Source of the DNA: an uncultured bacterium
GTDB lineage: Bacteria > Fidelibacterota > Marinisomatia > Marinisomatales > Marinisomataceae
DNA: 64,000 bases
Direction: 5' to 3'
NCBI GenBank assembly: GCA_943841495.1
Contig: CALSYL010000003.1
Location: 80,915 to 144,914, forward strand
In this document: piece after piece, positions 51,818 to 61,419 of the stretch
Numbering within the stretch: position 1 is the stretch's first letter
Layout: each line of letters begins with the position of its first letter
Notes under the pieces: model-generated
What the model saw: the letters and a program-made list of their open reading frames with translations, nothing else
The model's database searches: none
Told to the model about the DNA's origin: nothing
Made by a program: the position numbers and the translations under genes

Positions 51818-53563
51818 ATGACAAAAAAATATATAATAATTATTTTAGTAATATGCTCTACAATTTTTGGTCAAAATCTTTCAGAAAAGCCAAAAAAACC
51901 ATTTATGAATACAGATGATATTTCTTTTTTAGGAACATCAAACCGTATAACATCTATTCTTGACGAAGCAAAACAGTTTTTATCTGATGCTATTATTGCA
52001 GATGTAAACTTAGACACCGTTGAAGTAGTATATAATATTAAAAAAGTATTTGACCTAATGTCTGACGTTGAACAGTTAGGCGTTAGGGAAGAATTAGATA
52101 AAATTGAATTTGAAAAATTTCAAACAGATTTTGTCAAGATTTATACCACGAGACTTAATACCATAGATAGTTCAACTCAGTTTTTAACAGCAGATTTAAT
52201 TAGACGAGATATTGAAGCATTTACTTCAGAAAATGAATCTGTTGAGATGGGATTAACAAAGTTTACAATTATTGATGATAGAGAAGGACACATCCCTCTT
52301 GTTACAAATTCTCAAGTTGAAAGTTATATCAGATATTTTCAAGGAAAAGGAAGAAAAGGATTTAATATATGGTTGAATAGATATGTTCAGTATAGAGATA
52401 TTATTTTACCGATTTTAGATGAATATGATTTACCAGAAGAGTTAATAGTTGTTTCAATGATAGAGGCAGGGTTAGACCCTAAAGCTATTTCTAGAGCTAA
52501 AGCTGTTGGATTATGGCAATTTATGTATTCAACTGGAAAAGAGTATGGTTTAAACAGAAATTGGTACATAGATGAAAGACAGGATCCGATAAAATCTACT
52601 CATGCTGCTGCTAAATATTTTAAAGATCTTTATAAAGAATTCGATGATTGGTATTTAGTTTTAGCTGCATACAATGGAGGATGGGGAAGGTTAAATCGTG
52701 CATTAAATTTGCATGAAACATCTGATTATTGGCAGCTGTATTCTTTACCTAAAGAAACAAAAAATTATATACCATATTTTTTATCTGCAGCAATAATTGT
52801 ACAAAATCCTGAAAAATATGGTTTTAAAATTCCAAGGTCAAATCCTCTTAAGTATGATGTTGTAAAAATTGAAAAAAGTGCAGATTTGACCGTTATTGCT
52901 AAAGCTGCTGAAACAAAGCTAAGTACTATAAAAAGATTGAATCCGGAGCTTAGACAGCCTGCAACGCCAAATAATGGTCCATATTCACTGAACATACCTT
53001 ATGGAAAAAAAGATATTTTTGAAAAGAAATTTAATGAAATTCCAGAGGATAGAAAGTTTGCTTTTCAAAAAGTAGAGCACAGAGTTCAAAAAGGTGAAAA
53101 TTTAATATCTATTGCATCAAAGTATAGAGTGTTGGTTGCTGATTTACAGACCATAAATAATATTTCTAATATTAATAAATTATCTGTAGGACAAAGATTA
53201 AAAATTCCTGTAAAAGGTGGACTATATTCAAATTATCCAGAAAAAATTATTTATTCTGTGAAAAGTGGCGATACTCTAGGACATATTGCTGAAGAATTTA
53301 ATACAAGGGCCAGCGAAATTAGAAAATGGAACAACATGGGCTCTAAATCCCTAATCTATCCTGGTCAAAAGCTATCTTTATTTGTAAAAGGGCAACCAGT
53401 TAAGGATACTCCAAAGAAAAATGTTTATATTGTTAAGACTGGTGATAATTTAGGAAAGATTGCTAATAAAAATAATACTACTGTTGCAAAAATTAAAAGT
53501 TGGAATAGTATGAAATCTTCCACAATTTACCCTGGTCAAAAACTAACAATTTATTTTGAATGA
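51818..53563 (+). CDS. Lytic murein transglycosylase (SLT/MltD-like) with three C-terminal LysM domains
   Basis: SLT catalytic region MIEAGLDPKAISRAKAVGLWQFM...AAYNGG. Three LysM repeats (HRVQKGENLISIASKY..., YSVKSGDTLGHIAEEF..., YIVKTGDNLGKIANKN...). Confidence 0.88.
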   Translation: MTKKYIIIILVICSTIFGQNLSEKPKKPFMNTDDISFLGTSNRITSILDEAKQFLSDAIIADVNLDTVEVVYNIKKVFDLMSDVEQLGVREELDKIEFEKFQTDFVKIYTTRLNTIDSSTQFLTADLIRRDIEAFTSENESVEMGLTKFTIIDDREGHIPLVTNSQVESYIRYFQGKGRKGFNIWLNRYVQYRDIILPILDEYDLPEELIVVSMIEAGLDPKAISRAKAVGLWQFMYSTGKEYGLNRNWYIDERQDPIKSTHAAAKYFKDLYKEFDDWYLVLAAYNGGWGRLNRALNLHETSDYWQLYSLPKETKNYIPYFLSAAIIVQNPEKYGFKIPRSNPLKYDVVKIEKSADLTVIAKAAETKLSTIKRLNPELRQPATPNNGPYSLNIPYGKKDIFEKKFNEIPEDRKFAFQKVEHRVQKGENLISIASKYRVLVADLQTINNISNINKLSVGQRLKIPVKGGLYSNYPEKIIYSVKSGDTLGHIAEEFNTRASEIRKWNNMGSKSLIYPGQKLSLFVKGQPVKDTPKKNVYIVKTGDNLGKIANKNNTTVAKIKSWNSMKSSTIYPGQKLTIYFE

Positions 53564-53850
53564 TTAAACAGGATATAGTAGATAATGTAGCAAATGCCAC
53601 CGGCCTGACAAAGGTAGAGGTTGAAGCTGTACTTAATGAATCTTTTAGTGAAATAATTAAAGCATTAAGTAGTAATGATAAAATAGAGTTAAGAGGATTC
53701 GGTACATTCAGTGTTAAGCATAGATTGCCAAAAAAGGCAAGAAATCCTAAGACTGGAGATCCAATTTTCTTACCAGAAAGATATGTGCCAGTTTTTAAAC
53801 CATCCAAGCTGATGAAAAAAACTGTAAACGAAAAATTAATTGAATACTAA
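53560..53850 (+). CDS. HU/IHF-family DNA-binding protein
   Basis: ELRGFGTFSVKHRLPKKARNPKTGDPIFLPERYVPVFKPS is the canonical HU/IHF beta-arm. Confidence 0.9.
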   Translation: MIKQDIVDNVANATGLTKVEVEAVLNESFSEIIKALSSNDKIELRGFGTFSVKHRLPKKARNPKTGDPIFLPERYVPVFKPSKLMKKTVNEKLIEY

Positions 53851-53860
53851 GGAGCAATAA

Positions 53861-53956
53861 ATGCCTTGCGGTAAAAAAAGAAAAAAAAGAAAAATGAATA
53901 CTCATAAGCGTAAAAAACGTTTAAGAGCAGATAGACATAAGAAAAAAAATAAATAA
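53861..53956 (+). CDS. 31-aa highly basic micro-protein, candidate ribosomal protein bS22 homologue (not in the supplied ORF track)
   Basis: My own translation is MPCGKKRKKRKMNTHKRKKRLRADRHKKKNK. AAGGAG lies 7-12 nt upstream. The core KKRK.RKM..HKRKK.LR..RH resembles mycobacterial/Bacteroidota bS22 (…[20 protein letters not shown]…). Confidence 0.6.
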   Translation: MPCGKKRKKRKMNTHKRKKRLRADRHKKKNK

Positions 53957-53961
53957 TTAAC

Positions 53962-54826
53962 ATGCAAGTCAAGAGTTTTGCTATATGGGCTAATGCAGAA
54001 AAAGAAAAAGTTCCTGCGTTAGTCCAAAACGCTTTGCAATGGGCTAGTGAAAATAACTTAAATGTTCATTTAGCCGATCGCCTGAAAAGTATTAGCATCA
54101 ATGGTGATGTGTCATACTTTTCAACCCAAAACCCACCAGATGTAGATTTCCTGCTTTGTTTAGGTGGAGATGGTACACTTATATCTGGTGTCAGAATTTT
54201 TTCCAATCCTTCAGTTCCTGTTCTTGGAGTTCATATAGGAGGTTTAGGATTTTTAGCTCAAATTACCCCAAAAGAGTTAATCGATAAGTTAGAGGCAGTC
54301 AAAAAATAATGAATTTAAAATTCAAGATAGATTAGTTCTATCTGCCAAAATTTCAAGCAATGACGATTCTTTTTATGCAGTTAACGATTTTGTTGTTCAA
54401 AATGAAACGTCATTTAGGGTAACATCTTTATCTTTATATATCGACAATCAGCATGTAAGTGATTATAAGTCTGATGGAATTATAATAAGTACTCCAACTG
54501 GATCCACTGCATACTCTTTATCTTCTGGCGGGCCAATTGTCCAACCTGATGTTTTTTCAATTATAGTAACTCCTATTTCACCGCATTCTCTTACTTCCAG
54601 ACCTCTTGTCTTGCCACCTGATGTCGAAGTTGAATTTAGATTTAATGCTGAATCAGAAAAAAACCTTAACTTGATTATTGATGGGCAGAATATCATAAAA
54701 TTTACTAATCAATCAACTGTTAAATTGTCTCAAGCTAAACATCATTATAAATTTATTACTTTTAAAGATTATAATTATTATGACACTCTAAAGAATAAAA
54801 TGATTTGGGGAAAAAGAGGTTCTTAA
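53962..54826 (+). CDS. nadK: NAD kinase, interrupted by a +1 frame break in an A6 run at 54301-54306 as assembled
   Basis: The first ORF (53962..54309) contains GGDGTLISG. The +1 frame from 54290 continues [15 protein letters not shown]...[23 protein letters not shown]...ISPHSL...IDGQ, the NAD kinase C-terminal half. The listed 54611..54826 ORF is merely its tail. Confidence 0.88.
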
Positions 54827-54843
54827 AAAAAAGGAAATTAAAA

Positions 54844-56187
54844 ATGTCAAAAAAAATATCAACAGAACAAATAAAACAACTAAGAGTTAATCTTGCAGAA
54901 GATAAGCATACAAAAGTTGTAAGAAATGCAATGATTAAAACTAATTCTAGTGAACTATCCATGGATTGGGATAAATATAGAAAGATAGATCATTCATTCT
55001 CTCATGTTGTATCAGGAGAAATGCCGGCTACTAATCAAAAATCTAGTGGTAGGTGTTGGGGTTTTGCTGGATTAAATCTTTTTAGAATTTATTTAGGAAG
55101 AAAACATAATTTGAAAGACTTTCAATTTTCTCAAAGTTATTTCATGTTTTGGGATAAGCTAGAAAAAGCAAATTATTTTTTAGAATCGATTCTTTCTACA
55201 GTGGAAGAAAAATCTAATAGTAGAATTATTATGCATTTGCTTCAAACACCAACTGAAGATGGTGGTCAATGGGATATGTGGGCTAATTTAATAAAGAAAT
55301 ATGGTGTAATACCTCAATCTGAAATGTCTGAATCATTTTCCTCAAGCCAATCTTCTGAAATGAATAAAATGCTATCAAGAAAATTAAGAGAAAATGCACA
55401 TGATTTACGTAAAAAATTTACTGAAGGTTGTTCAGGTGATGATTTAAATAAGCTCAAAAATCAAATGATTGAAGAAATTTTTAAAATGTTAACAATGCAT
55501 CTTGGAACTCCTCCAGAAGTCTTTGATTGGCAGGTCAGAGATAAGGATAAAAAGTTTATCAGATTTGAAAATTTAACTCCTCAATCTTTTTACAAAGAAC
55601 ATGTTGGATTAAATCTTGATGATTATGTTTGTTTAATTAATTGTCCTATGAGCGATAAAGAGTATAACAAGATTTATACAGTTGAGCACTTGGGTAATGT
55701 GGTGGAAGGTAATGCAATTAGATATCTTAATGTTGAGAACAATATAATGAAGGATGCTTGCATTAAATCAATCAAGGATGATAATCCAGTATGGTTTGGT
55801 TGCGATGTTGGAAAGCATTTCCACAGAGATTTAGGAGTTATGGATACTGAATTATTTGACTATGAAATGTTCTATGATACAGGTTTTAAAATGAATAAAT
55901 CTGAAAGACTAGAGTATGGTCAAAGTCAAATGACTCATGCTATGCTATTTACAGGTGTTGACTTAGATGAAAATCAAAATGCTGTTAAATGGAGAGTAGA
56001 AAATAGTTGGGGCGTAAAAGGCGGTAATAAAGGATATCATATTATGACTGATAATTGGTTTGATGAGTATAATTATGAAATTGTCGTTCACAAAGACTAT
56101 ATATCCGATGAATTAAATGAAATTTTTAAATCTGAAGAAGCAATTCCATTAAAGCCATGGGATCCTATGGGAGCTTTAGCAAAGTAG
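54844..56187 (+). CDS. pepC: Aminopeptidase C / bleomycin hydrolase (peptidase C1B)
   Basis: Catalytic Cys motif QKSSGRCWGFAGLN, and the His/Asn region HAMLFTGVD...WRVENSWG. The ATG at 54844 is preferred over the upstream TTG at 54805, which overlaps nadK. Confidence 0.9.
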   Translation: MSKKISTEQIKQLRVNLAEDKHTKVVRNAMIKTNSSELSMDWDKYRKIDHSFSHVVSGEMPATNQKSSGRCWGFAGLNLFRIYLGRKHNLKDFQFSQSYFMFWDKLEKANYFLESILSTVEEKSNSRIIMHLLQTPTEDGGQWDMWANLIKKYGVIPQSEMSESFSSSQSSEMNKMLSRKLRENAHDLRKKFTEGCSGDDLNKLKNQMIEEIFKMLTMHLGTPPEVFDWQVRDKDKKFIRFENLTPQSFYKEHVGLNLDDYVCLINCPMSDKEYNKIYTVEHLGNVVEGNAIRYLNVENNIMKDACIKSIKDDNPVWFGCDVGKHFHRDLGVMDTELFDYEMFYDTGFKMNKSERLEYGQSQMTHAMLFTGVDLDENQNAVKWRVENSWGVKGGNKGYHIMTDNWFDEYNYEIVVHKDYISDELNEIFKSEEAIPLKPWDPMGALAK

Positions 56188-56682
56188 GTGGACACATTAA
56201 GTCATGCGCTATGGGGAAATGGACTTTTTGGTTTTAGAGGACATTGGAAATTAGCCATTTTTTTTGGTGCAATGCCTGATCTCGTTTCGTTTGGAATTCT
56301 ATTTATTGTAAAATTTTTTAGCGGTTCTTTAAAGTATGGAGGGTTACCAACTTTAGAAAGTTTAAAACAGCTTGAACCATTCCCAGATTGGCTTTTTTTC
56401 ATGGATAATTTATCTCATAGTTTTATAACTGCTTTTATTGTAATTGCTGTAGTTGCAAAATTTAAAGAAAATCTAGTTTGGCCTATGTTAGCATGGCCTT
56501 TCCATATTTTTTTAGACTTCCCATTTCATACAAAAGAATTTTTTCCTGTGAAAATTTTTTGGCCGTTATCAGATATGCATTTCGATGGAATATCATGGTC
56601 TTCTCCGGAAGTAATAATACCAAATTGCGCAGGAATAATTTTACTATATATTTATAGATATAAAAATTTATCTAAGTCTTAA
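56188..56682 (+). CDS. YdjM-like membrane-bound metal-dependent hydrolase (DUF457) (tentative)
   Basis: N-terminal (M)DTLSHALWG and an internal DNLSHSF histidine motif within a 4-5 TM protein. GTG start. Confidence 0.45.
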   Translation: MDTLSHALWGNGLFGFRGHWKLAIFFGAMPDLVSFGILFIVKFFSGSLKYGGLPTLESLKQLEPFPDWLFFMDNLSHSFITAFIVIAVVAKFKENLVWPMLAWPFHIFLDFPFHTKEFFPVKIFWPLSDMHFDGISWSSPEVIIPNCAGIILLYIYRYKNLSKS

Positions 56683-57582
56683 AATTGAGGAAAATAAATT
56701 TTTGATTATATATCCTGCCATTTTTGGATTCTCTTTTAATCTCCTGACAGAATAATCATACCAATTGTCTCCATAAGGAAGATATACTCGAACAGTATTA
56801 CCATCATCCATTAATTTTTTAAGTTTTTTACGGATTGGTACTCCATGTAATACCTGGAATTCAAACTTATTTTTTGCAATATCATTTTTCTTTAACCATA
56901 AACATAATGTATCTATTAAATATTCATCATGGGTCGCAATTCCAACATAAGACCCTTTCTTAATAGCCTCTTTAACAAGTCTAATATAGTTATCCCTTAT
57001 TTCTTGATAGTCATTTAGAACTAGTTTTGGGTCTTCTACATAAATGCCTTTACATATTCGAACATTAAAGCTTTCACTGCTAAGGTCCTTAATATCACTC
57101 AAAGATCTATGTAAGTAGGCTTGAATTACAATGCCAATTTTTTGATATTCTAAAAACATATCTTTGTAAAGTTGAATTGTCTCAGATGTGTATGGAACAT
57201 TTTCCATATCTAATCTGAGAAAATTATTATTTTTTTTAGCTGCTCTTACTAGATCGTAAAGATTTTTTTTCACTACATCATATCCCAAATCTTGACCAAT
57301 ATGAGTTAATTTCATTGAAATGTTTGCTGATAATTCTCTTTTTGAAATTTCATCATAAATTGATACATATCTATCTGTGATTTCTTTTGCTTCAGATTCA
57401 GTTTGAACATGCTCACCTAAAATATCAATAGCTACTTTAAATCCTTGAGCATTTAATTTTTTTACATTATCAAGCATTTCGTTGTCAGTAATACCTGCTA
57501 TGTAAGGAGATGCAACAATTTTGACAAAAAATTTTGGCAAAAAAGGAATGATTTGAATTATTAAATTATTTATTAACTTCAT
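56668..57582 (-). CDS. Proline dehydrogenase (monofunctional PRODH, TIM-barrel)
   Basis: FNVRICKGIY, VGIATHDEYLI, EFQVLHGV and RVYLPYGDNWYDYSVRRLKENP. Confidence 0.85.
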   Translation of the reverse strand: MKLINNLIIQIIPFLPKFFVKIVASPYIAGITDNEMLDNVKKLNAQGFKVAIDILGEHVQTESEAKEITDRYVSIYDEISKRELSANISMKLTHIGQDLGYDVVKKNLYDLVRAAKKNNNFLRLDMENVPYTSETIQLYKDMFLEYQKIGIVIQAYLHRSLSDIKDLSSESFNVRICKGIYVEDPKLVLNDYQEIRDNYIRLVKEAIKKGSYVGIATHDEYLIDTLCLWLKKNDIAKNKFEFQVLHGVPIRKKLKKLMDDGNTVRVYLPYGDNWYDYSVRRLKENPKMAGYIIKNLFSSILRLR

Positions 57583-57612
57583 GCGTAATAAATTTAATAA
57601 ATAAAAAAAAGA

Positions 57613-58821
57613 ATGAAAGTAGTATTAATAATAGGCGGAGCAGTTTCAGGTTCAACAGCTGTAAAAAAACTTACAGATGAAGGTATTCGTTGTGTCGTCG
57701 TAGATCAAAATAGAATGCCTTACGGAAAAATAGAAGATGGACTTCCTAGATGGCATGAAAAGCAAAGAATTAATGAATATTTTAAGATTGATGATATTCT
57801 ATCTCACGACTTAGTAGAATTTGTCCCACTTACAAGGATAGGTCAAGATGTTTCATTTGAAGAGATTTATAACATGGGATGGAGTTGTATTTATTTTGCC
57901 AATGGAGCTTGGAAAGATAGATCTTTTCCAATATCGGATATCGAAAAATTTGATAATTTTTATTACCAAAATCCTTTTGTGTATTGGTTTAATCATTACC
58001 ACGAATCATCTTATAACGGTCCTGAAATAGCAATTCAAGATAATGCGATAGTTATTGGAGGGGGGCTTGCTTCTATAGATGTATGCAAGATAACCCAATT
58101 AGAATTAGTTAGACAGAGAGTTGAATCCAAAATTGATAATTTTGATATTATAGAAATGGAGCACAAAGGTATCCCAAAATATTTAGAACAATATGGTCTT
58201 AACTATCAAGACTTGAATATTAAAGGTACAACCTTAGTATATCGTAGAAATATAGAAAATATGCCACTTACTACTATTCCTGAAGATGCTCCTGAAGCGA
58301 TGATTGAAAAGAGAAAAATGGCTAGAAGAAAAATTCTCAGTAATACGCAAGATAAGTTTTTGTTTAATGTTGCCGAATGTACTCAGCCTGTAGGTTTATC
58401 TTTTGATGGAGAAAAATTAAATGGTATAGAGGTAATTGAGAACGAAATAATAGATGGAAAGCTAAAGCCCAAAGAAAATTCAAATAAAATTCTACATGGC
58501 AACACTTTTATTAGTTCAATTGGAAGTTTGCCTGAACCAATTGAAGGAATACCAATGGACGGTTCAACTTACAATATTGTTGATCAAGATTCTGGGAAGT
58601 TTGAAGACTTAGATAAGGTCCATGGAATGGGTAATGCTATTACTGGAAAGGGTAACATAAAAGCTTCAAGAGTAAGCGCTAAAACAGTTGGTGATTTAAC
58701 AATAGAATTAATTCATGATATTGATGAGGATGTAGTTAAAAAAATTGAAGCAAGAGTTCAAGAATGGCAATCAAAATCATCTTACAATGGAAATTATTTT
58801 GAGTGGAAAGCAAAAAAATAA
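57613..58821 (+). CDS. FAD/NAD(P)-binding oxidoreductase (glutamate synthase small-subunit/adrenodoxin-reductase-like)
   Basis: Two dinucleotide-binding motifs, VVLIIGGAVSGSTAV and AIVIGGGLASIDV. The specific function is not assignable. Confidence 0.6.
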   Translation: MKVVLIIGGAVSGSTAVKKLTDEGIRCVVVDQNRMPYGKIEDGLPRWHEKQRINEYFKIDDILSHDLVEFVPLTRIGQDVSFEEIYNMGWSCIYFANGAWKDRSFPISDIEKFDNFYYQNPFVYWFNHYHESSYNGPEIAIQDNAIVIGGGLASIDVCKITQLELVRQRVESKIDNFDIIEMEHKGIPKYLEQYGLNYQDLNIKGTTLVYRRNIENMPLTTIPEDAPEAMIEKRKMARRKILSNTQDKFLFNVAECTQPVGLSFDGEKLNGIEVIENEIIDGKLKPKENSNKILHGNTFISSIGSLPEPIEGIPMDGSTYNIVDQDSGKFEDLDKVHGMGNAITGKGNIKASRVSAKTVGDLTIELIHDIDEDVVKKIEARVQEWQSKSSYNGNYFEWKAKK

Positions 58822-58909
58822 TATTTTTGCAATAATTTTATAGAACTCAACAATCTTTTTTAGTACCTTCACTTGTCAAATTAAGACATTTGTAAATTCA
58901 TAAGAGTTG

Positions 58910-60241
58910 ATGCAAAAAATTAAGATTAAAAAGGGGCATGATATCAATATTTCTGGGTTAGCATCTAGAGATTTTTCTTCTGCGTCCAATCCAAAATTTG
59001 TATCAATTTCCCCTCTAGATTTCAATTATATTAAACCTAAAATGCTCGTTAAAGAAAACGATTCAGTTTCAATGGGCGATGCACTTTTTTTTGATAAAAA
59101 TAATCCTGAAGTAAAGTGGCCTTCTATAGCTTCTGGTACTATCTCTAAAATAGTTTATGGCGAAAGAAGAGCTGTACAAGAAATCATTATTGAAGTAGAT
59201 AGTGAGAGCGAAAAAAATAATGATTCATTTGGAGAGCTTAATCTTTCATCTAGAACCGATATTAAAAAATTTATATCTAAATGTAATATGTGGCCTTTTA
59301 TAACTCAAAGACCTTTTAATAAAGTTGTAAATCCAGATGATGAACCTAAATGTATTGTTGTTTCTTTAGCAGATTCATCTCCATTAGCTTGCGACCTTTC
59401 TTTTTCATTAAATGACAAAAAAGATGATATAGTTTCAGCTCTATCAGTATTGAAAAAATTAACGGATGGACCTTTATATGTTGCAGTTAGGGGAAGTAAT
59501 TTTGCATTTTTATCAGATTATGATTTTGTGAACCTTGTACAGGTGGAAGGTCCTCATCCATCAGGGAATGTTGGTGTGATATTAAACAAAGTTAATCCCA
59601 TAAATCAAAATGAGGTTATATGGACAGTTCAAGGTGCACATCTACCAATTCTTGGAAAGTTGTTTTCAAAAGGAGAATATGATTTCTCATTAAATATTAA
59701 TGTGGCTGGTCCAGCAGTTAATCCATCATACTATAAATCAAGAATGGGTATTCAATTTAATTGTTTTAAATCCTCACTAAAGCAGGATGAGGTAAGAATA
59801 ATATCTGGAAATGTTTTAACCGGAAAGAAAATAGAAATTGATAGATTCTTAGGATTCTATCATTCAACTTTTTCTGTTATTGAAGAGTCATATGAAAGAC
59901 CATTTATTGGTTGGCTGCATCCTGGAGGCAAAACAAGATACAGTGTTTTCAATGCATATTTTGGATCAAATAAAAATTCATATGATTTTACTACTTTGCA
60001 AAATGGAAGCAATAGAGCCTTTGTACCAGTTGATGCTTGGGAAAAAGTTTTTCCAATGGATATTTATATCAATTCACTTGCAAGAAGTATTGAGGCAAAC
60101 GATGTTGATGAAATGGAGCAATTAGGAATTTATGAATGCGATGAAGAGGATGTAGCACTTTGTTCATTTGTATGCCCAAGTAAGTCAAACGTTGGCTCCA
60201 TAATAAGAAAAGGATTAGATACAATATACTTTGATAAATAA
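58910..60241 (+). CDS. nqrA: Na+-translocating NADH:quinone oxidoreductase subunit A
   Basis: N-terminal MQKIKIKKGHDINISG and a C-terminal LGIYECDEEDVALCSFVCPSK. First gene of the nqr cluster. Confidence 0.9.
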   Translation: MQKIKIKKGHDINISGLASRDFSSASNPKFVSISPLDFNYIKPKMLVKENDSVSMGDALFFDKNNPEVKWPSIASGTISKIVYGERRAVQEIIIEVDSESEKNNDSFGELNLSSRTDIKKFISKCNMWPFITQRPFNKVVNPDDEPKCIVVSLADSSPLACDLSFSLNDKKDDIVSALSVLKKLTDGPLYVAVRGSNFAFLSDYDFVNLVQVEGPHPSGNVGVILNKVNPINQNEVIWTVQGAHLPILGKLFSKGEYDFSLNINVAGPAVNPSYYKSRMGIQFNCFKSSLKQDEVRIISGNVLTGKKIEIDRFLGFYHSTFSVIEESYERPFIGWLHPGGKTRYSVFNAYFGSNKNSYDFTTLQNGSNRAFVPVDAWEKVFPMDIYINSLARSIEANDVDEMEQLGIYECDEEDVALCSFVCPSKSNVGSIIRKGLDTIYFDK

Positions 60242-60243
60242 TT

Positions 60244-61419
60244 ATGAACTTTTTGAGAAAAATATTTGCTGAATCAGGAAAATTAGTTGAAAAAGGAAAA
60301 CCTTTATCATGGGCTTATCCAGTATGGGAAGCAGCTGATACAATTTTCTTTTCAACTAACAAGCAAACAAGTAGTGGTCCTCATATTAGAGATAATATGG
60401 ATATTAAAAGAACCATGTTCTTTGTTGTACTTGCTTTAATTCCTTGTTACATATTCGGAGCATACAATATTGGATACCTAAATTCTTTAGCTCTAGATAT
60501 TGAAAGAAGTCTTTTAGCAAATACTATATTTGGTTTGACTTATGTGCTTCCAATTTTAATCGTTACTTTTGTTGCCGGTGCTATATGTGAATTAACATTC
60601 GCTATTATTAGAAAACATGAAGTGAATGAAGGATTTCTAGTATCATGCGCATTAATCCCATTAACTATGCCACCAGATGTTCCATTGTGGCAGGTTTTTA
60701 TGGGAACTAGTTTTGGTATAATTATAGGAAAGGAAATTTTTGGTGGAGTAGGTACAAATGTATTTAATCCAGCATTAACTGCTAGAGCCTTTATGTATTT
60801 CGCTTTTCCTACTAAGATTTCAGGAGATAAGGTTTGGGCAGTGGGTCCTGATGGCTATAGTGGTGCAACAGCATTAGCTATTCCAGCAAACCCTGTTGAG
60901 TATGATACAGCTTCAAATTTATTTGCAGCATCAACGCAATTTGATTTTTCGTTACTGAATATGTTCTGGGGTTTAATTCCTGGATCGATTGGTGAGACAA
61001 ATAAAGTATTAATTATAGGTGGAGCTTTATTCCTTATTTATTGTGGAATTGCCTCATGGAGAATAATTATGAGCTCGGTGATTGGTTTGGTTTTAACTGC
61101 ATTCTTATTCAATCTTTTAGCAGGATTTTCTTCCAATGCAATGTTAACTATTACTCCTCTCCAACATTTATTAATTGGAAGTTTTCTATTTGGAACGGTA
61201 TTTATGGCTACAGAGCCTGTCACATCATCGCATACTAATACTGGAAGATGGATTTATGGATTTTTAATTGGAGTGCTAACTGTTATTATTCGTTCAATTA
61301 ATCCCGCTTATCCAGAGGGAGTAATGTTAGCCATTTTAATTATGAATATGTTTGCACCACTAATAGATTATTATGTTATTCAATCAAATATTAAAATGAG
61401 GCTTGCAAGAAATGCATAG
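60244..61419 (+). CDS. nqrB: Na+-NQR subunit B
   Basis: Polytopic membrane protein with the covalent-FMN site YSGATAL and the conserved FMATEPVTS. Confidence 0.92.
   Translation: MNFLRKIFAESGKLVEKGKPLSWAYPVWEAADTIFFSTNKQTSSGPHIRDNMDIKRTMFFVVLALIPCYIFGAYNIGYLNSLALDIERSLLANTIFGLTYVLPILIVTFVAGAICELTFAIIRKHEVNEGFLVSCALIPLTMPPDVPLWQVFMGTSFGIIIGKEIFGGVGTNVFNPALTARAFMYFAFPTKISGDKVWAVGPDGYSGATALAIPANPVEYDTASNLFAASTQFDFSLLNMFWGLIPGSIGETNKVLIIGGALFLIYCGIASWRIIMSSVIGLVLTAFLFNLLAGFSSNAMLTITPLQHLLIGSFLFGTVFMATEPVTSSHTNTGRWIYGFLIGVLTVIIRSINPAYPEGVMLAILIMNMFAPLIDYYVIQSNIKMRLARNA

Noticed and set aside
58822-58906. Possible promoter or regulatory element in the 85-nt gap upstream of nqrA. The same question applies to the other short gaps at 1989-2065, 23401-23460, 30247-30307 and 31694-31786.
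   Set aside because: In such AT-rich sequence, many hexamers resemble -10 or -35 boxes or TAnnTTTG-type motifs. I could not single out one with correct spacing, so no promoter is claimed.
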